Assembly (NCBI RefSeq): GCF_009914755.1
Contig: NC_060926.1
Length of the DNA: 64,000 bases
Reading direction: 5' to 3' (one strand)
From: the human T2T-CHM13v2.0 reference genome, Homo sapiens
Numbering within the stretch: the first letter of the stretch is position 1; the number at the start of each line of letters is the position of its first letter. Position numbers and translations under genes: made by a program. Shown here piece after piece: positions 56,269 through 64,000 of the stretch. The notes beneath the pieces were generated by a model. That model was not told the origin of the DNA. It made no database searches and saw only the letters and a program-made list of their open reading frames with translations.

Positions 56269-56706
56269 CATTTAGGAAGTTAGGGTATCCCAGAATGGAA
56301 TACAGATGGTGACAGTAAAGTCTAACTGTATTACAAATATATAACACATCCTTATTGAAAGAGGTATGGGAAAAAGTGTGACCTGATTACCTTTGGAAAT
56401 GAGTGAAGACAGGAGGACTAAAGGCAAAAAAGACAGTGCATAAGCACTCTACTCTACTTCGTAAATTTGATTTTCACAGAGCTTCAGTTAACAGTTCTGA
56501 AACCACTATGCATACTGGAATTGAAGCACAGGGATAGCAGATGGTGAGAGCCACTTTTCTTGCTTTTGGAAAGGGAGGTTACAGGGAAGAAAGCCTGGAA
56601 TGGGCCATGCGGACATGTGGTACTTCCTTGGCATTGGAGACAGCAGTTGAAACTAATGTTTGGCTTGACATCCATACAGATTATTTCATATAGAAATGTT
56701 TGTAGA

Positions 56707-58410
56707 CAAACCACTGCTCAAGGAAATAAAAGGACACAAACAAATGGAAAAAAATTCCATGCTCATGGATAGGAAGAATCAATATCATGAAAAGGCCATA
56801 CTGCCCAAAGTAATTTATAGATTCAGTGCTATTCCCATCAAGCTGCCATTGACTTTCTTCACAGAATTAGAAAAAAACTACTTTAAATTTCATACGGAAC
56901 CAAAAAAGAGCCTGTATAGCCAAGACAATCTTAAGTAAAAAGAACAAAACTGGAGTCATCATGCTACCTGACTTCAAACTATACCACAAGGGTACAGTAA
57001 CCAAAACAGCATGGCACTGGTACCAAAACAGATATATAGACCAATGGAACAGAACAGAGGCCTCAGAAATAACACCACACATCTACAACTATCTGATCTT
57101 TGACAAACCTGACAAAAACAAGCAATGGATAAAGGAATCCCTATTTAACAAATGGTCTTGGGAAAACTGGCTAGCCATATGTAGAAAACTAAAACTGGAC
57201 CCCTTCCTTACACCTTATACAAAAATTAACTCAAGATGGATTAAAGACTTAAATGTAAGACCTAAAACCATAAAAACCCTAGAAGAAAACCTAGGCAATA
57301 CCATTCAGGACATAGGTATGGGCAAAGACTTGATGACTAAAACACCAAAAGCAATGGCAACAAAAGCCAAAATTGACAAATGGGATCTAATTAAACTAAA
57401 GAGCTTCTGCATACCAAAAGAAATTATCATCAGAGTGAACAGGCAAGCTATAGAATGGAAGAAAATTTTTGCAATCTATCCGTCTGACAAAGGTCTAATA
57501 TCAAGAATTTACAAGGAGCTTAAACAAATTTACAAGAAAGAAACAACCCCATCAAAAAGTGGGTGAAGGATATGAACAGACACTTCTCAAAAGAAGACAT
57601 TTATGCAGCCAACAAACACTTGAAAAAAAAAGCCCATCATCACTGGTCATTAGACAAATGCAAATCAAAACCACCATGAGATACCATCTCATTCCAGTTA
57701 GAATAGTGATCATTAAAAGGTCAGGAAACAACAGATGCTGGAGAGGATGTGGAGAAATAGGAATGCTTTTACACTGTTGGTGGGAGTGTAAATCAGTTCA
57801 ACCATTGTAGAAGACAGTGTGGTGAATCCTCAAGGATCTAGAGCCAGAAATAGCATTTGACCCAGCAATCCCATTTCTGGGTATATACCCCAAGGATTAT
57901 AAATCATAAATCCTTCTACTATAAAGACACATGCACACGTATGTTTATTTCAGCACTATTTACAATAGCAAAGACTTGGAACCAACTCAAATGCTCATCA
58001 GTGATAGACTGGATAAAGAAAATGTGGTACATATACACCATGGAATACTATGCAGCCATAAAAAATGAGTTCATGTCCTTGCAGAGACATGGATGAAGCT
58101 GGAAACCATCATTCTCAGCAAACTAACACAGGAACAGAAAACTAAACACTGCATATTCTCACTCGTAAGTGGGAGTTGAACAATGAGAACACATGGACAC
58201 AGGGAGGGAAACATCACACACTGAGGCCTGTTGGGGGGTGGGGGGCAAGGAGAGAGATAGCCTTAGGAGAAATACCTAATACATGTGAGTCTTAAAACTT
58301 AGATGACTGGTTGATGGGTACGCAAACCAACATGGCTCATGTATACTATGTAACAAACCTGCACGTTCTGCACATGTATTCCAAAACCTAAAGTATAATT
58401 TAAGAAAAAA
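56707..58410 (+). mobile_element. L1PA (L1PA8-like) 5'-truncated, with TSD
   Basis: ORF 56961-57566 (LPDFKLY...[18 protein letters not shown]...) is ORF2p. The 3'UTR carries the TAATACATGTGAGTCTTAAAACTTAGATGAC segment typical of L1PA8 and older; 13-bp TSD AAATGTTTGTAGA (56694-56706, 58411-58423). Confidence 0.95.
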
Positions 58411-59394
58411 AAATGTTTGTAGATGTGTGTATGTGCACAGGGTTGTATATGCACGGAAATTCCCTTGCTAGATCAACTGAGAGGGTCTAGAAGCAACTAC
58501 ACCTCACTAGTAATGATCATAGCCAATCCCTAGGTGTGGTTTATACTGTGATTCTCCTATAAAGTAAAACAGGGATCCTTGGAGAAATGGCTGTTTCTAG
58601 GGTTGATACAATACAGGAATATGCAATATGGGTCTGGAGCATCTTGTAATGCCAGAAGTTCTCAAAAACATATAAACCCACACAGATACAGTATATCAAC
58701 GGAGCACAGAAACCAACTGAAAGAGTTCCCAGTGGTCAAAGCTGGAACAATTAGAGTAGCACAATAAATAATGCAGTATAAAATTTTTAGCTTAAAATAT
58801 AAAATAAATAGCCATGAGTCCATGCTCATATAAAGAAATTATTGAATAAGTATGGGCAGAGTCCAATCTCTTGTGCAGAATAATTTCAAAAATTGTATGT
58901 AGATATTCCCCTAAAGTATGTGGGCTGTTCGTAGTGGCTTCCTGTCAAAGGAATATGGAAATACGGAAAAGGGGAAAATAAGAGTAACTTTAGAGTAGAG
59001 AAACCTCACAAACACTCTCAGCCAGGTGGCCAAGGTCAACATCAACAGTAATAGATATAGGTCATGTTGGAATAATGGAGTCTTGATATGATGTACCTCT
59101 CTGGTCTTCTTTCCATAAATATGTACATACATATACAAATCCAGTCTGATTTGAGAAAAGCAGCAGACAAAATCCAACAGAGGGCATTCTACAAAATACC
59201 CTACCAGGACTCCTCATGAGTATGGATAAAGAATGTTTTGAAAATTCAATTAATATGCCTAATATAACAGATGAAGATAAAGCCCAAGTCAGAAAGCCCA
59301 AAGAAAGTAGCAGAAGGAAAACAGAAATATAGCAAAAAATAAGGAAAATATAAAAGGAGAAAGTTCATCAAAAAGCAAGTGTAATAGTCAATTT

Positions 59395-59755
59395 ATTATT
59401 TTATTTAACAGCTATTTAGTGAGAGGTGACTCTGTGTCAGGCAATCTTCCAGCACGGGGAAGAGAGCAGAGAAAATGTGATACAAATACCACTGACCTCA
59501 AGGATCTGTGTGCTGGGTAGGAAGACAGTTCATTACCATCACTAAGTCAATAGTAGATTGATTAGTTAATGATTAGTAACATGGAGAAGAAATATGCAAG
59601 GAAGGCAGTGTTATTTTTAATCAAGTCTTCATGAAAGCCTCTCTGAAACTAATATTTGAGCAAAGAACAGGCAGGAGGATCTGTAGGGGCAATGCCTCGG
59701 GCTGAGCTTATGCTTGCTGTGTTTCAGGAACAGTAGGGAGGCCTGAATGGCAATG
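59395..59755 (-). mobile_element. L2 3' region, antisense
   Basis: TTTATTTAACAGCTATTTAGTGAG...CTCTGTGTCAGGCA...GTGTTTCAGGAACAGTAGGGAGGCC. Confidence 0.75.
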
Positions 59756-60779
59756 CAGTCTGCAGATCCACAGGTACTGGCGTGACTGGCATCCATACAC
59801 CCAGCTTTACACAAGAGGGTTGGACCGCATCAGAGATGGCAAATGTGTAACATGGTCCCTGCAGCTTTCATCACAGCCAGCACTAGAGACAATCCTGCTA
59901 AGTCACACTCCCTTTTCCAGGTGCACCCTCAAAACCTATTGCCATCATATGCTGCAGCCCACTGCCACCTACAGGCCAGAGGAGACAGAGTTCCCTTCTA
60001 CAATGCTATGGCTTTCTTGAAGGAAGAGGGAAACATATGAACTCAGTAGTTACCTGTCATCTGGGAGTGTCTTGAAAAAACTGAACTGAATGAATGGGGG
60101 CTGAATTAGAATAGGATGAAGAAGAAAGTAGACACCATGTGTAACAGCCAAGGCAGCAGCTTTGAGAGGTAGCAGAACATGCCCAAGTTGAGCATTCTCC
60201 AGGGTAGACTCTGGGGACACTGAAGGTTCAGAGAAAGTAGATAGTGAATGTCCCATTGTCCAAAACGTCTGCAAGCTCCAGGCCTAGAACCTCCCATTTG
60301 GCCCCCTCACTTTGCTGTGTCTTCCTTCACTTTGTGACAGCACTGCTGTTCATTCTCCTCGTGTCTTCTTTAATATATCAAGTAACCACAGCCTTCTATT
60401 GCAAAACATTGCTGTTACTGAAGAAACAAATCTGTCCTTCTCTATTTGCATTCCAAACACTGAATAGAATAATTATATCAATTATAATTTCTCCCAGTTT
60501 GACATGGTCCAAGAATAAAAGAGATGAAAAACATTGCAGGGGAATGCCATTACATTATGGCCCTCAAGAGTAAGGGCTTAATTGGTGGTAAAATAAAACA
60601 TAGTACTAGGTATCAAAAGGCTTTTCTACTAATACCAAATTGCTTTTTCCCAGGGAGGACAGACCGGTACAATTTAATGTCTAGGAGGAAAAAAAAGTGA
60701 CTTCCCTTCTGCACGTTGAGCAGAGCGCAACAGTCTTTATATGTATATTTAAAGCAAAATTTAAAAAGGGATTCTGTAA

Positions 60780-63700
60780 GTTGAAATGGGGACATGAGGG
60801 AAGGCCCTGATGAAGCTGGAGATATTGAGCCCCTAAATTCTGATGAGGCTTCTTTGCCACTGGAAAAGGCCTCCTAATCCCCAGGAAAAGAGTTCTCCCT
60901 CGCACAGGGGTAGCCGTGCCTCTATCCCATCTGAGGGTGTTACCTCTGCATTGCCTGAGGAAACTGCAATGTCCTCCCCTGAGGCAGCTGCCATGAAAGA
61001 CAATCCACCCCTCCTTGCTTCTAGACTTACAATTCAACTAAAGTCCCAACAGGCTCATAAAGATGAGGAGATGCATTATACTCACCTATTTGATTTTTCA
61101 ATCAAAGAACTAACACATTTTTCTAATTATATAGGCAGACATTTGGGAAGCTGTGTGGGAATGGATGTTGAGAGTGTGAGATAATGGTGAAAGAAACACA
61201 AAGTTGGATCAAAACAAACTTATTGATATGGGCTGACTAAGCAGAGATTCTGCATTTACTGTTGCAGCTTAGGGAGTTAGAAAAAGGGCACTGATTTGTT
61301 GGTTGGTTGGCTGAAACATGAATCAAAAGATGGCCCACAATAAGCAAGTTGGAGATGCCTGAGCTTCCTTGTTTTAACATAGAGGAAGGGATTCAGAGAC
61401 TTAGGGAGATTGGAATGCTACAGTGGACTTGTCATTTTAGACCTACCCACCCATACTGGGAGGGTCCAGAAATCATACTTTTGACCAGTACTATGAGAAA
61501 TAAATTCGTAAGGGGATCCCTGGTATCCTTGAAAAGCTCAGTGATCACTCTTCTCTAGGCCAGAACTCACAATGGAAACTGAAGTCACTCAATTGAAAAA
61601 CTTAAATACAATGGGAGGAATTGGATCTTGGGGTGCAAGGGGCCAAGTGGGAAACTCAGTCCCCAAGGGTAGGGTGAGGGTGGCTACCTTGATGGACAGT
61701 AGAGTCAGAGCAGCAATCAGAATAGTCTGACTCATACAAACCTATGGTGTTGGCTGCTTGATTGTGGTGGTCCTAGAAGTGAAATAGAGAAGAAGCCTAC
61801 TAAATCCTTACTTGTTCTGTATAAGCAGAAAAGTTCTAGGTCAAGTGAACGAAAGTCTTACTTGAATCATAAAATCAGAGAGTTACTGCTGCTCAATAAA
61901 TTCCCAGAATTGAGCCAGTTTACAGACCGTGAGCCCGTTGAATGCAGGGAAGGCTGGGTTCTCCCATGGAAAGAAACAGTACACTACCAAAAATATATAC
62001 TCTTGATCTTTATCCAAGCCTTTCCCAAAGAGCCTAAAACCTTTTACCAGGGTAACTGTGTACTGGGGAAGAAAGAACAACCAGTTCAGGGACCACTCGA
62101 TCCTGCTCTGAACTGACACTGATTCCAGGAGATCCAAAACACCACTATGGCTCTCTAGTCAGAATAGGGGCTTATGGAGGTAGGTTAATCAATGAAATTT
62201 TAGCTCAGGCCCATCTCACAGTGGGCCCAGTAGGTCCTCAAACTCATTCTATGTTACTTCCCCAGTTCCAGAATGCACAGTTGCAATAGGCATACTCTAC
62301 GGTTGGAGGCATCCCCCCACATCAGTTCCCTGACCTATGGAGTGAAGGATATTATGATGAGAAATTCTAAATGGAAGCCACTAGAACTGCCTCTGTGTAG
62401 GAAAATAGCAATCCAAAATCAATGCTACATTCCTTGGAGGGCTCAAAGAAATCAGTGCCACCACCAGAATTTGAAAGATGCAGAGGTTATGATTTCTACC
62501 ACCTCCACATTCAACTCATCCATTCAGCCTGTATAGAGCACAGATGGGTCTTAGAGAATGACAGTGAATTATTTTAAGCTTAAGCAGGCAGTGACTTCAA
62601 TTGCAGCTGCTATTGAAGATGTGGTTTTATTGCTCAGGCAAATTAACACACATTTCCTGGTACCTACTATGTAGCTATTAATCTGGTAAATATTTTTTTC
62701 TCCATAGCTTTAGTTAATGAGGACCATCAGAAGCAGTTTGCTTTCAGCAGGCAAGGCCAGCAATATACCTTTACCGTCCTCTCTCAGAATATATCAACTC
62801 TACAGCCCTGTTATAATCTAGTTTGCAAGAGGCATGATCACCTTTCTCTTCTACAAGATATCACAACTGGTCCATTTCATTGATAACATTAGACTGACTG
62901 GACCTAGTGAGCAAGAAGTAACAACTACTCTAGACTTGCTGACAAGACATTTGCATTTCAGAGTGTGGTAAGAAAATGCAACAAAAAATATGAGGAGGAG
63001 CAGGGTACAGTGGCTCATGCCTGTAATCTCAACACTTTGGGAGGCAGAGGTGGGAGGATCGCTTAAGCCCAAGAGTTTGAGACCAACCTGGGCAGCAAAG
63101 ACCCCATCTCTACAACAATTTGAAAATTATCCAGACATGGTGGCACGCACCTGTGGTCTCAGCTACTCAGGAGACCAAAGTGGGAGGATCACTTGAGCCC
63201 AAGAGGTCAAGGCTGCAGTGAGCCACAATCATATCCCTGTACTCCAGTCTGGGTGACAGAGCAAGAACCAGTCCACCTCCCCCCCAAAAAAAAAATCCCA
63301 GGATCTTCTACTTCAGTGAAACTTCTAGGGGTCCAGTGGTATGGGCATATTGAGCTATCCCTCCTAATACGAAGAATGAGATGTTTCATCTGGCCCCTCC
63401 TACAACTGAAAAAGAGACACAATCACTAGTGAACCTCTTCGGATTTGAGAGGCAACATATTCCTCATTTAGGCGTGCTACTCAGGCCATTTACTGAGTGA
63501 CCTGAAAAGCTGCTAGCTTTGAGTGGAAACCAGAGCAACAGAAGGCCCTGCAACAGCCCCAGCCTGCTGTGCAGGCTGCTCTGCCACGTGGGTCACATGA
63601 CCCAGCAGATGCAATCATGCTTGAAGTGTCAGTGGCAGATAGGGATGCCGCTTGGAGCTTTTAACAGGCTCCTGTAGGTGAACTGCACAGCAGGACTTTT

Positions 63701-64000
63701 AGAATTTTGGAGAAAACTCCTGCCATCCTCTACTCTCCTTTTGAGAAACAGCTCGTGGCCTGCTGCTGCGCCGTAACAGAGACTTAACACTTGATCATGA
63801 GCCACCTAGTTACCATGCAAGCTGAGCAGCCCTGATGAACTGGATGTTTTCTGACCCAGCAAGCTGTAATGCTGAAAGTGCACATAGCACTCCATCAACA
63901 AATAAAATTGGTATATGTGTGATCAGGTCTGAGCAGCTCCTAAAATTACATGAGGATGTGGCCCAAATGTCCACAGCCCCTACTTCTGCTACCCTCCCTT
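60780..64000 (+). mobile_element. ERV-L (HERV-L/ERVL-int class) internal gag-pro-pol, degenerate, runs off the window edge
   Basis: Gag-like EMPELPCFNIEEGIQRLREIGMLQW (61349-); protease-like FTRVTVYWG...SELTLIPGDPK (about 62040-62140); RT-like KWKPLELPL, TSTFNSSIQPV, LVHFIDNI (YIDD site at 62876-62887) and STSVKLLGVQW. Many stops and frameshifts. Confidence 0.9.
62999..63296 (+). mobile_element. AluJ inserted in ERV-L pol
   Basis: GGGAGGATCGCTTAAGCCCAAGAGTTTGAGACC and GAGGTCAAGGCTGCAGTGAGCC J-type diagnostics; the RT sequence resumes after the tail. Confidence 0.9.

Noticed and set aside
56961-57566. 201-aa L1 ORF2p fragment as a functional CDS
   Set aside because: Part of a 5'-truncated L1PA with frameshifts on both sides; it lacks the endonuclease and RT domains and a promoter.

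Overview
This is primate, most likely human, non-coding genomic DNA (intergenic or deep intronic), not prokaryotic sequence. I recognise no protein-coding gene, RNA gene, CpG island or CRISPR array. Two AT-rich blocks of ancient LINE-1 (about 2.2-13.5 kb and 43.7-59.2 kb) carry nested Alu, FAM, MaLR and younger L1 insertions. Between them is a GC-richer middle (about 13.5-43.3 kb) of unique sequence with MIR/L2/MaLR/Tigger relics, where the only candidate enhancers and candidate non-coding exons lie. A degenerate ERV-L gag-pro-pol segment runs from about 60.8 kb off the right edge. The best observations are a young AluYa5 with a perfect TSD (possibly polymorphic), a FAM monomer, a multi-layer nested retroelement record, an Alu/L1 junction deletion, a candidate 19-nt microexon and two motif-dense candidate enhancers. 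I found no evidence for a previously undescribed multi-gene system. Repeat subfamily calls come from recalled consensus sequences and need RepeatMasker/Dfam confirmation; boundaries of old repeats are approximate.
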